A stretch of 64,000 nt of DNA, taken from NCBI GenBank assembly GCA_025594325.1, contig JANHCV010000010.1, positions 1,302,001-1,366,000 on the forward strand, given 5' to 3'. Below, one piece after another: positions 36,055 to 47,801 of the stretch. Within the stretch, counting starts at the first letter, position 1. Every line of letters begins with the position of its first letter. The notes under the pieces are model-generated. The model had not been told where the DNA came from and made no database searches. It was given only the letters and a program-made list of their open reading frames with translations. The position numbers and the translations under genes were made by a program. Origin of the DNA: Blastocladiella emersonii ATCC 22665 (lineage: Eukaryota > Fungi > Blastocladiomycota).

Positions 36055-37823
36055 ATGTTCTCTGCACTTTATGTACCTCAGATCCTCGACCTGGTCCTCG
36101 TCCGTGCCGTTGAACTGCACCCGGACCCGGCCGACGTCCGCGGCCTCATGCAGTACGCCCGCGTCGCGCGACGGGAGCTCATTCCGGGTGTACATCGGGC
36201 CATCTTGCTTCGCTCACCGGCGCTCTCGGTCGACGAGGCATCCTTGAACGGAAACACTCGACTTCTCGACAAGTGGGTCGAGCTCGGCCTTCCCTTCACC
36301 TGTACGGCGACGACGTTGCACAACGCGACCGCGGAGTTGCACCTGGCGACCATCGAGTGGTGGCGCGATTCGGGGGTGCTGCACCCACTCGAGCTCGCTA
36401 CCTTGTTCGCAAACAATTCGATTCCTCTCAAAGCATGTCTTGCGCTTGGTCTCGGCAGACCCGTTTACAGCGAGGAGGGCAAATATCTTGTACGTACGTC
36501 TCGAATACGTCGACAGGTCGTAACAGGCTAACAGTTCGGCACGGACCTCAAGGGTACCGGGCCGCCCCCCGTTGTGGATGCTGCAATCGATGCCGTGCGA
36601 GACGCCCTTTCCGCCGGTCAAGTGCCCGAGCTCGAGTTCGTGTCCAAGTCCATTTCGCGCGCCGGAATCGAAACTCTCAACGTCGCAATGAATTCCGCCG
36701 CCGCCACCCAAACGCTGCAGTCGATCCGGTTCGCCAAATGCACACTCGACCTGCCCCGGCTACTTGCGCTACGGCTTCCCGACTCGACGGTTTCCGCTGA
36801 ATTTGCTGGATCATGGCTCGGCAGCGCTGACTCGCGTGAAGCACTTTCGGCCATCCCTTGGCCGACACAGCTCGCTTCGCTCAGCATGTCCGGCGGCGAC
36901 CTCAGAGGTGCAGTCGAGCCTCTCTTCTCGCGACTTCCGATGCAGCTACGCACGCTTTCGCTTCATGATTGCTCCCTCGGCAATGCAGCGGTCATCGCGG
37001 TCGCTCGACTCCTTCCTCCGTTTCTCGAATGGCTTGATCTCAGCTTCAACTATATTTCCGGCGCCGGCGTCGCGGCATTCAGTCCTTTGCTTCCCGCCTC
37101 ACTCCGCGCGTTGAACGTGAAGCGGATTCATCTCGGTAATCCAATGTTGCACTCCAGTGGGTCTTTCCTGCTTCTCTCGTCGAGCTCCGCGCTGGCTCGA
37201 ACCAGTTCGGGCCCATGGAGACATGTGCACTTGCAAACGCGCTTCCGGCGAACCTCGAGTTTCTCGATTTAAGCGATTGCACTCTCGCGCAAGAACGCCG
37301 GGAAAGCCTGCTTTCATCGCTGCCGCAGTCCCTGAAGGACCTCAGCCTGCGCGGACTTAAGGACTGGACCGAGGACGCTGCCCGCGCGCTTGCGGAGTCG
37401 CTCCCACCCGGCCTGTTCGCCCTCAACCTCAGCTTGTGCCATCTCCCGCGCAAGGCGGTCGCTGCGCTCATCCCGCGTCTGCCGCACGCCTTGCGCTGCC
37501 TCAACCTCGCCGAGCTCCCCATCAAAACCCGTGGAGCGCGGCTTCTCGCGCAGAACATGCCGCCCAATCTTGAACACCTCAACTTGCGAATGACGAAGCT
37601 GGACGACGCGGCGTTCGCTGCCCTAGTCCCGGCATTCCCGACCACGCTCGTGTCGCTTGATCTGAGCGAAAACGAAATCTCGCACATTGGGGCGGAGTCG
37701 CTCGCCGCCGAATTTTCGCCTCGCCTGGAGCGGATCACCATGGACTACTTCAAGCTCGGTGCCAGGGGCAGGGCAGCTATTGAAGCCGTTGCGCCGATGT
37801 GTAAGAAAGCGTTTAGTCGGTAA
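36055..37823 (+). pseudogene. F-box-like/ankyrin-like N-terminus plus RNI-like LRR protein; intron 36490-36534; frameshift near 37140
   Basis: VPQILDLVLVRAV; VDEASLNGNTRLLDKW; LATIEWWRDSG; repeats such as LP..LEWLDLSFNYI. After RIHLG the LRR register (NVALQWVFPASLVELRAGSNQFG) continues in another frame to TAA 37823. Confidence 0.7.
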
Positions 37824-38988
37824 GAAATATTCTGGTTTGCGAAACTCGCCGTCTCTCGCACACGGCGCATGGCATGGTCCCGCGCTTGGCCCGTGGGGTC
37901 TTGAGAGGGAATTGTGATAGCGATCATCGCCATGCTCGGGGTCCGAGTGTCAGTATGGCAACGACGGCTGGGCGGAGCCACGTCAAGATGGTCCCTGTAG
38001 GCGCAGCAACGAGGGAATTAACTGGCAGGTGAGCCCGCGACTTCGACTTGGCAGTTTCAAATTATGCAGCGCGGTCACATGAGTGGCGCAACGCGTCCAT
38101 CCGTCAGTCGGCGCCCGTGTCCTTGGGCAGCAACCCCGATTCGCACAATTGCACAACCACCGCAACGGGACGTCCCAGCCGCGTGCCGTCGCCGTGTCCA
38201 TGGCCGCCGCCGTGTATTTGAGCGTGAGGCCTGGCTGCTTCCATCACTCGAGCGGCAGATCCTACGATGAAGCGCTTCATGCACAAATTCGCTCCGAAGA
38301 GGACATAGATCACCTTTGTTTCGAGTATCCAACAACTAACACGACGTACGACAAGCGACGCTTCACATGGTTGAAAGTGCCACGGCTTGGACACTCAACA
38401 GCGAGTGCTCGGCCGACTTTAACGCGTGGGGGTTATGAGAGGAAGCGGCGGGCTTCTCCTCAGCCAGCACGAACGCCAAGCACCGATTGTTTGCCCTGGC
38501 GGCAACGACGGAGCAAGAAGATTGTAGCGGCGGCGAGGAGGATAACCATGGGGATCCCGACGGCTCGTTGCAAACATAAAGCATGAACCCTAGCTTAGAG
38601 ACATCAAGGAACATTCAAAACGGTGACCATAGCGACGGCGGCCACTGCCATAGCCGTGGCTGCGGCAGAGTCGCCGCCAGCCATAATTTCTCAACATGAA
38701 GTCAGTGCCAGAGCCAGGGACCGGTTGAAATCAGTATACAATGCAACGAGGCAGCGTGGAAAATTTGCTTCAAGTCGACTCGGGTTGATTGATTTGCCTA
38801 TCCCTCCAGCATGGTAAACGGAAGATCACGTCCAAGCTGGCCCACGGTTTAGTCTCAAATGTCATTTAGTTTTTGACGTGCGACTCACCTCCTAAAACCA
38901 ATTGTACCCGTTAATCTGCTGCGATATCAAGAGTACCGCGCTAACCCGTCCGCGACACGCGTTCTGGCACCTGCACGCGACCGACCGT

Positions 38989-39032
38989 GGTCATGACCAT
39001 GGCCATGGCCATGACCATGACCACGGCCACGG
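38989..39032 (+). repeat. (CATGAC/CATGGC)n hexamer repeat
   Basis: ggtcatgaccatggccatggccatgaccatgaccacggccacgg; reads GHDHGHGHDHDHGHG in one frame. Confidence 0.8.
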
Positions 39033-39392
39033 CGGCCTCGAAGGGCTACGCCATGCAATGAACTCGCCCAAATATAAGCTTGTTTGATGAGACGCGCAAG
39101 TCCGCGCTGATTTCGTCCAACACGGCCATGAGAAACCATTCGAGCGACAGCGACACTCAGAACATGAGCCGCTCGCTCGCTTACGTCTGCGCGCGAAGAG
39201 TCCGCTGACGGCGCGCGACTCGTCGAGACTCCTCCCCTCCAACAACGTCTCTCCTTTCCCGTCACCTCATGATCGAGATGCAAGCAAGCATTAGACAAGT
39301 GTTGAAATCGAGCAAAATGTTATTGTAGAGCTAGGACGGTATCAGTTCCGTATCCCACCGCGCGCACACTCACGCGAGCCAGCACGCGCGCC

Positions 39393-41155
39393 TTACTGCG
39401 CCTTCTTGGCCTTGGCGTCCTGGAGCTGGACGGCGATCTTGGACACCTCGTTGAGGCGGCTGAGCACCTCCCAGGTGCCGCTCCAGAACCCGGTCGAGTG
39501 GTGGTTGACGCCGTACTCCTTGCACAGGGCCTCGATGATGGGCTTGACGCGCGGGTAGCTGTGGCGGGGCATGGTCGGGAACAGGTGGTGCTCGATCTGG
39601 AAGTTGAGCCCGCCGCAGAACCAGTTCATGAACATGGACGGGTGCACGTCGCGGCCGGTGCGGATCTGCTTGGTGAAAAAGTCGGTGCGGTCCGCCTCCT
39701 CCTGCGACAGGATCTCCATGCCGTTGTGGTTGAGCGAGAACACGGTGGCGAGGAACAGGCCGCACGCCGCCTGCGACGCGGCGAAGTAGGCGACGGCGCG
39801 GAGCGGAGACAGGAAGTAGGTCATGGAGCCGAGGTACCAGACCCAGTGGAGCGCGACCGAGAGCTGCTCGACGGCCGGGATCGGCGTGGGCACCTTCTTG
39901 GTCCAGTAGGGCGTGACGTACAGCGCCGACTGGAGGGCCCACGAGACACGAGCGACGGCGAGGATGGGGAAGTAGAGGATGGCCTGGCGAGGCACGAAGA
40001 AGCGAGCGAGAGGGGAATCAGCGAGGTCGGCGGGGTTCACGTCGGCGAAAAGCTCGAGAGCGTGCTCGGACCACGCCAGGAGCGGCATCGTGTCGATATC
40101 GGGGTCCTCGCCGTGCACGTTGGGCTCCGCATGATGAGTCGAGTGCTTGTTGTTCCACCATTGAACACTGCGCGACGGAAAGAAAAATGCGTTTTGGAAA
40201 GTGGTGGGAGGTTGGAGGGGGTGAGCAAAGGTCAAGGGAGGCATGCCAAGTCAGTTTTGGCCCACCTCGTCGTCCATGAGTCACGACAGCGTACCTAAAG
40301 CCCTGGCAAACACCACCAAGGAAGTAGCCGACGGCACGGTTCCAGCTGCGGTTGGCGAAGACAGCGTTGTGGAGGAAGTCGTGCGAGAGCCAGCCGCACT
40401 GCTGCCAGAAGAGACCCATGATGGTCGCCGAGATGAGCAGCATGAGCGTGTTCTCGGGGAACAGGGCCATGAGCGTGAGGGCCGAGGCGACGAGACCCAT
40501 GTTGATGCCGAAGTGGAGGAAGAAGAAGAACTTGCTCGAGTTGTAGAGACCCTGGGCGGCGAACTCCTCCTTGATCTTGCGGATCCGCGCGGCAAAGTTG
40601 GAGTTGTCGACGATGGTGTGCTCCTCAGAGACGAGGTCACCAACGTAGTAGTCGGCGAGGACCTCGTGCGTGGTCTCGAGGTGGAAGGCGTCGAAGGCAT
40701 CTACGGCGAAACGATCGAAGCGTGGGTGAGCCGGGGACGCGATGACCGTGTCCTCGCCGGGAACGCGCTGACCGTGTCCTCGCCGTGGACGCGATGGCCG
40801 TGCCATGAAGCTGCGAACGCACCAGAACCGTCGCGGCCAAGCTGGGTCAGGATGACCTCACCGCCAGGATGGTCGTGGATCAGCTCGCTACAAGATGGAC
40901 GGCGTGGGTGAGTTCGGCGCGCTGAGCGAGCAGTTCATCAGGCCGTACCGAATGTCGTAAACCTTGTTGTGGATGATGACGTAGGCCGGATGCTCCGAGG
41001 TCGGGGTCCACGGGAACTTGCGCGACGCCGTCAGGACCTCCGAGCGGGTGAAGGTCTGAAGACCTGTGGAGGAAGATGACGTGGTCAGCGGAATTCGGAA
41101 CGACGTGATGGCCGCCGAGTCCGTCCATACCGAGCGTCGGCTGAGCGTTGACCAT
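39393..41155 (-). CDS. Cytochrome b5-fused front-end (delta-6-type) fatty acid desaturase; exons 41155-41131, 41063-40949, 40887-40823, 40700-40295, 40167-39393
   Basis: HPGG heme motif; His boxes HDFLH, HSTHH and QIEHH; four GT-AG introns restore one frame. The delta-6 regiospecificity is inferred only. Confidence 0.92.
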
Positions 41156-42404
41156 GATGGAACAGGTGCTGGATGTGCGAGGATGGCGGACGAGGTCGCC
41201 AGCGAGGAAGAGTCGAGAGCGAGGGCGTAGTCGAGGAGCAACGACACGCGCGAGAATGGGCCAGGCGGATCAAGTCACCGCATCTGGTGGTAGTGATACG
41301 TTGCAGATATGGGCGTATGAGGGCCAGCTCAAGGTCGGGGGCGCGGGGAGAGAAGAGGGCGGGCGCGAGGGAGCGCGAGGGAGGGCCGTCGCGGCCGGCG
41401 AGCCGCCCACCGCGGCGAAACTCTGCCACGGGCGATCCTCTCAGCGTCGAATCGCCTTGCATCCGCTGTCATGGGAAGTGCGAACGATTCAAAGCAGGTG
41501 AGGGGAGGGCGTCGCGCGACCTTGGGGCGCCCCACCGCGTCGCCCCGCTGTCTCATGCCTCGCACCTGCTCGCGCCCGCACATTCCGCCACGTTTCGAAT
41601 TTCGCGCGACGCCCTCACCCGCCGACGCCGGTCGCGTCTCTCTCTCTTCCGCTCTGCTGCGTAATCGCAAGCTGATCCTGACGCTGATCCTGACGCAGGT
41701 TCCTTCAAACTGCGTGAGCGAGCGATGGAAGTGGAGTTGCAGCGCCGTCAACGCGGTCGGAGTCGTCACGACGAAGCCGAGGGTGCCGGATCCCCGACCG
41801 CCAGCTCGCCATGTCCGGCGCAAAGCATCCTCATGGCGGAGATGGCCGTCGCGGCGAAACGAAGGCCGTGGACGATCGGAGGAGCGTGGGTCAGGCCAGA
41901 CCGCGAGCTCGGGCACCAGATCGGTTCGCTGTTCCGCCGCCTAGCTCCAAAATTTTGCTTGGCCAAGCTCGGTGCATGAGGCCATCGTGGCGCCCAGCTG
42001 TTCCGCGGATCCGCTCTTCATCTCCGCGGAGCCAGCAGAACTGTGTCCGCGGCAGGTCTCTCACAGGTTAGGGCGAGGGAGGTTCACGCGCCAAACGACG
42101 TTCAGTCGGCGGTTCCGCAGCCATCTGAGGCTCGGATGACAACGTTGCAGCGAGCCCACGGTTACTTCCAAGTCCTCCAGCGCGACGGGCAAGGAGCAGC
42201 GCTCGCCGCGGCACAAAGGGCGACGTGAAGCTTGCAGGATGTGGCGCTTTCGCTTGGCGCCACAGAACACGCGTTTGGCGCCACTCGGCAGCAAGCGCTT
42301 CGATAGCATGGCAAGCCCGACTCTCCCTCGCTCCTCGTCGAACTCGACTCCCATGCATCTTTGACCGAGCAGAAACCTCTGCCACACCCAGCAACGCATC
42401 GACC

Positions 42405-43227
42405 ATGAGCTCTATGAGCCATCTCTCCGACATGGACCCGGGAATGGACATGGGCGGCGGCGGCGGCGGCGGCGGCGGCATGCCCGGCATGGACCACGGC
42501 GGCGGCAGCAGCGGCGGCGGGATGGACATGGACATGTCGATGCTGTGGAACTGGAGCACCCGTCACTTCATGGTCGTCTTCGAGTCGTGGCACGTCCACA
42601 CCGCCCTCGACTTCTACCTCACCCTGCTCGCCGTCTTCCTGCTCGCCCTCGGCTACGAGCGCATCCAGGCCGAGCGCGCCCGTCTCGAGGACGCCGCCGC
42701 CGCGCTCGCCAACAAGATCCAGCAGCAGCGCGCGCGCCGCGACCGCACGCCGTCGCCCTCGCGTGGCGACGCGGCCTCGCTCGATGGTATCCAGGTCGTC
42801 AGCGCGAGCGGCTCGTCGGCGACCGCGGCGCTTCTCGGCGGTAGTGGGAGCCCGGTCGTCGGTCACGCTGGAACCACCAGTCGTGCCGCCATGAGGTGCG
42901 ACCGCGGCCGTCGATGACTCCAAGGCAACCTCAGCGCTCACTCAGTACCCTCGTTCATTTCTAGCTCTCTGTCGCGCCGTCAGCTCTACATCCGCACCGC
43001 GCTCATGGCCACGTCCTACTTTCTCTCGATTTTCCTCATGCTCATCTTCATGACCTTGTACGTCTTTCCCGACCGTATCGCGACCGCTGAGCACCGCTGA
43101 CGCGAACCATCCCGCTTCTAGCAACGGCTGGCTCATCATCGCTGCCGTGACCGGTGCCGCGACTGGATTCCACCTTTTCCGCGCTCCGGGATCGACCTTC
43201 GGCCTGGACAAGAGCTGCTGCGACTGA
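42405..43227 (+). CDS. Ctr-family copper transporter; exons 42405-42895, 42965-43057, 43122-43227
   Basis: Met/Gly-rich N-terminus ending MDMDMSMLWNW; MxxxM (MLIFM) in TM2; TF|NGWL; TM3 GxxxG (GAATG); C-terminal CCD. Confidence 0.92.
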
Positions 43228-43462
43228 GCGAGCGCCCGGCTCCGTGCGAGAAAAGTACGCGTCGCATCACACGATCTGTATGATTATCACACATTCCCTG
43301 TTGTTTGAGGGATTTTTCGCCTCAACCTCCTTCAGCGAAACATTCAACGTCGGCCGAGCGAGCACACGAGTCACACGAGGTCCCGCTCTCTTCAGGGAGC
43401 CGCGCGATGCGCCACTTGAGCGCAACGCCCACTCCGCCGCTGCTCCCCCAACCCGGACAACC

Positions 43463-44014
43463 ATGGAGCTCAGACGCTTAAAGCACCGCATGCAACGCGT
43501 CAAGCAGACCTTGCCTTATGATGTTATCGAAGCGGTCCTCATTCAAGTCGTCGTGAGTGATCCGCGAGGCGTTGACCCAGTTCCGCTCCTTCGCGTCGCG
43601 CCTGGCCTCTCCCAGCTTCGCCGCACCATCCTTCGCCTGTCACTTCACGAGCACTTCCGTGAGCTGGCGCTGCACCCGGGTAACACCGCGCTTTGCAGCG
43701 AAATCGTTCAGTTGCGCCGCGCGCCTGCGTCTACCAACGAGCACGGCCAGTTTTACCTCTCGCTTCTCTGCGCCGCCGATCGCGCTGGCCTGGTTCATCT
43801 CTGGTGGTCCTCGGCTCGTGCAGACTCTGGATATTTCAGTATCGTCGACTTTGCCTCATCAAACGGACTCGCCCATGTCCTTGAGTACCTCCACGCGCAC
43901 GACTTGTTCGACGAGTACACGCCGCGCGCGTTCAAGGACGCCTGCTGCGCCGGCCACCACGCCGTAATATCGTGTGAGCGCGTTCTGCAGAAGTATCCAC
44001 TACGTAGACCTTGA
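43463..44014 (+). pseudogene. 3'-truncated paralog of the ankyrin-like gene at 47802
   Basis: MELRRLKHRMQRVKQTLPYDVIEAVLIQ...DPRGVDP...FYLSLLCAA aligns with the 47802 protein; similarity stops at CAGHHAVIS (about 43970). Confidence 0.7.
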
Positions 44015-44225
44015 TCCTGGCACTGTTTCAAAATCGCTGAGCAAAGCCGTTGATGAGGTTCGCACGCGCTGCGACCTTGTGTACGTGTTGTGACGCGCTT
44101 CGCTGATGTCTCAATGGCACACGATTCCCTCGTTCCAACAGGTGCGTTGATCAGACCAGTAATCACAGTTAAACGAATACATTGCACATTGCGAGAAACA
44201 AAAAGACAACTCGGCGCCCCCGTTA

Positions 44226-47200
44226 CTAAAAATCGAACTCGTCTTGCAATTGCAATTGCTGAGTCACCGTCTCATCAAGCCCCAGGTGCGAGAAGAGCGG
44301 CACCAACAAGGCCCGGTCCAAGACGCGGCCAATCTCCTTCAGCTCACGGTTGGTAATGCCAAGTTCTGCGCTGACGCGCATCAGCCCCTCGTCGCCATCA
44401 AGCTTGAGATCAGCCATGGGCAGATCCGTAGCCGTGGCCGTGGACGTAGAAGGAAGGGAGGGTGCCGACGACGGCGACTCGATTACACGGCACGAAAAGT
44501 CCAGGTACTCGCGGAACGTGGCAACAAATTCAGCCGGAACGTCGACCACGCGCGCCTTGACCGAGTTCAAGGCCTCGAAGCTCGCAATAAATTGCTGGAT
44601 AAGCTTTTCGCGTGATGCAGCTTCGGCGCGCGCCTTTGGCGAGGTGCGGGGCGGCACGATGATCACGTCCGAATCGTGCGCAACTGTCGCCCCAAACAGC
44701 TTGCCGTGCGGCGGAAGCACCTGGAGCTTGTGGCACTTGACCACGGCCAAAACCTTGCCACCGCTCACAAACTTGAAAAGTTGGAGCGTATTCGAGACGT
44801 TCATAAGCAGGAAGAGGAAAAGGTCCTTGAGCCAGTTGGCGTGCCACTCGCCGTTGGACATGCCAGCAGGCCGCTTTGAGGGGAACGGGCTCTCGGCCAA
44901 GCCAAAGATTTCCCTCTCACGTCGCGTGCGCATGGACATGGCACCAAAGCTGGCGACCGCGACACGAAGATCGTCCATTGGAATCGCCGGGCGATCAGTG
45001 GCGGACTTGGGAAACGGGTCGGCGGTGAGACGCGGGATAAGTGGGCCGATTCCAAGGGAGGGAGCGACGGTGCCCGCGACAAGCTCCATGACGATAGTCA
45101 CAGACGTGCGCTTCGCCTCGACGGCGACCGCGTGACACGGACCGGGCATGGCAAGTGTCATGACCTTGCCATCGATGCGCAGCGCAAGATGGCCGCGGTA
45201 TTTCGGAAGGTCAGCGGCAGGAACAAGCGCGATTTTGGTCCTTTTCTTCAAAGGAGGGACCGAGAGAACGAGACGCATGGTGTTCTCGTCGCAGGCGAGG
45301 TGCTCGACGGGCAGCGGCAACTTGGCCGCGGGCGCGCGCGCCGCGTAGGCCATGATCCCGCGCAGCGGACCCCATGCGTCGCTGAGCGAAACCACGGTGG
45401 TCGCAACGGCCGCATCGTCAAGCGTAAGGCTCTCACGAGAGATGACGACCGGCTTAAGATCCAGCGGCGACTCGCCGATCTCAATGTCCTGGACGGGGGT
45501 GACGGCAAGCGAAAAGCGGGCGCGGGCTTTGCCCGTTGGCGAGTTGAGCATCGCGACAGGTGAATACCAAGACACGGTGATGCGGCTGTTTGCGCGGTCG
45601 TGGCGCGTGCGCAAAGATGTGTAGCGAAAAACACCAGCTTCGTGAGGGCCTTGGTCGCCCTCCAGATTGTCGACCAGTACGACAAGGGCGCCAAGCGGAG
45701 GAAGACCTTGCTCACAAAGCGCAAACGTAGCTTCGACTAGCAGCAGCTGGGTACACTGACGGCTACCCTGGATGGGAGAATCGAGCCCTTCAAGGACAGC
45801 TTGTGAAATGACATCAAACTGGCTTCCGGCCAGGTCCCCAAACCGAAACATGGCGTTCCAGAGCGACGGGTGGTTCGGGAAGGGGAGCGAAGTGTACGGC
45901 GCGGAACCCTGCCACACGATCCGCTGCGAGGCAAAGCCGTACGCGAGCAGCTTGACCAAATATGCGCCCGTCGAAAAGCTGCCAGCTACACGTAATATTT
46001 AAGGAGGCCGTGGTCAGCGGACGGGTGGATATGCGGTGACATGAAAAAAAATACGAACCTTTCGTGTGCTTGCGCGAGACGCCCAGCGGGGGAGGCCGCT
46101 CTGCCATAGCCACAATCGCAATCAAGTCGGCAAAGAGATCGGGAGACTCGTGGAGCGCCACAGGAACTGCCGGAAGATCGACGTGAGCAAAGGTGAAGCC
46201 AGCGAAATACGGTCCCGGCTGTCCAAAGCGGCGATTGGGCAGGAAGGGAGTGACACAAGCGAGCCAGTGGTCGTCGGCCGTCGTTTCGACCAGCGTGACA
46301 CCGAGCATGATTGGGAAGGCGGACGAGACCAGGGCGGCAAACTGCAAGTACTCGGACTGAGGGGCAACGTGACGCAGCGCGTTGCCAGAGCAAGCACGGA
46401 AGAGCGAGCGCTGGTCTGGGTTGGCGAGGTTACGCTTGAGAAGTGGGGACCCGAGAGTGAGAAGGTTGAGCAAGCCACACGTATCCATGACGGTTGAGGT
46501 ATCAATAACGTCAAAACGCTGGTCCGGATCGGCCGCGAGGTAATCGAGCAAAATCACCGCGTTTTCCTGAACAAACTCGATGCAGTTGCTGGAGGCGCCA
46601 ACAAGCTCATTGCGAAGAGCGGTGCACCATTGGCCAATGTTGGCAAGCATATGTTTGGTAGTCTGTTTGCCCGAGAGGAAGAAACCGGTGTGGGGGACAA
46701 TCGATTCGATTGCAATCGACTTGCGCGCGACGCCGTCCGAGGCCACGGCGAAGTAGGTTGGGTTCGCCACCAGGTCTGATTCGAGTACAAAGTAAGTGCC
46801 GGTTTCGACGGCGCGATCAATCTCGCAGCGGCTTTGGGCCACGACCGAGGACTTGGCTGCCTTTTTGCAGCCGTTGAAGATGGATGCCAACGCAATCTTC
46901 ACGGTCGCCGAGGCAATGTTCGAATCGCGCGGCTCGACGACGGTCGGGTCAAGCTCAACTGAGGCAGCGCGGTCTAACCAAGCACGCCAGCAAGTTTGAG
47001 CGCCGCGCAAAGTCGCCTCGTCCCGAACGCGGAACGGGATGTTGTTGTCGAGCCAGTCGATTTTGAGGCAAGCCCGCATCTGGTCCACCCAAAAGTCCAA
47101 GGCGCCGCGATCGAGTCGAGCAGAGAACCAGAGCTGGGCAACGAAACAATCGATATCGGCGACAGGGCGCACTGGAGAGCATACGGCCTGCAGGATAAGC

Positions 47201-47493
47201 AGGGCACGGGCAATGGGCTCGGGACGGATATCGTTCAGCAAGAAATGTATGGCGGCAGCGGACTCCTTGCGCTCAGCTTCGCGAAGCGTGTGCGCGACGG
47301 AGCGCAAGTCGTTGAAGCCGCAAAGAAGGGCATTGAGCTCGGTACCGGAGTCGCTGGCATCGTGGTAGAGAAAGACGTCGCTCGCGTAAGTGTCGCGGTA
47401 CGGCTGAAAGGGAGCGCCGTCCTCGCGCTCAATGAGAGTGGCCGAGGCCTGCGTGCGCAGCTGTTGCGCCAAGTCTGAATCTCGATTCGTCAT
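44226..47493 (-). CDS. DUF4470-domain protein (~1060 aa) without a recognisable MYND finger; exons 47493-46059, 45985-44226
   Basis: LLCGFNDLRSV...IHFLLNDIRPEPIARALLIL and FDVIDTSTVMDTCGLLNLL resemble DUF4470. A GTTCGT...GCTGAC...GTAG intron joins the two long ORFs in frame. Confidence 0.7.
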
Positions 47494-47801
47494 TTCATCA
47501 GCTGCATTACATGAAGGCGGGGGAGATCGCACGACCTCGCGCCGGCTCGTTGAAGGTAAACCAAGCCGCCCCAGATGATCACGTGTGCGGTCGTCACGTC
47601 CCCCTCGCTCGAGCGCGCCGATTCGAGGCCCGCAAGCAGAACGGGCAGCACCATGCCGATGGCTTGCATATCCTGAAGGCGGCACGGATGTCCGGCATCA
47701 AGAGACGAGGCCGCGAGACGCGACGAACAATCATGTGGTCGCCAGGCACCGCTCACCTCTCCACGCCTCTCCCTCCGCCGATGCTCTCAACCCGCACTAC
47801 C

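Noticed and set aside
1227-43227. Heme oxygenase, desaturase and Ctr as a metabolic gene cluster
   Set aside because: Heme oxygenase is about 37 kb away with many unrelated housekeeping genes between; no backbone biosynthetic enzyme is present.
44226-47685. Apparent frameshift between ORFs 45814-47685 and 44226-45959
   Set aside because: Explained by a canonical 73-nt intron (46058-45986), so the gene is intact.
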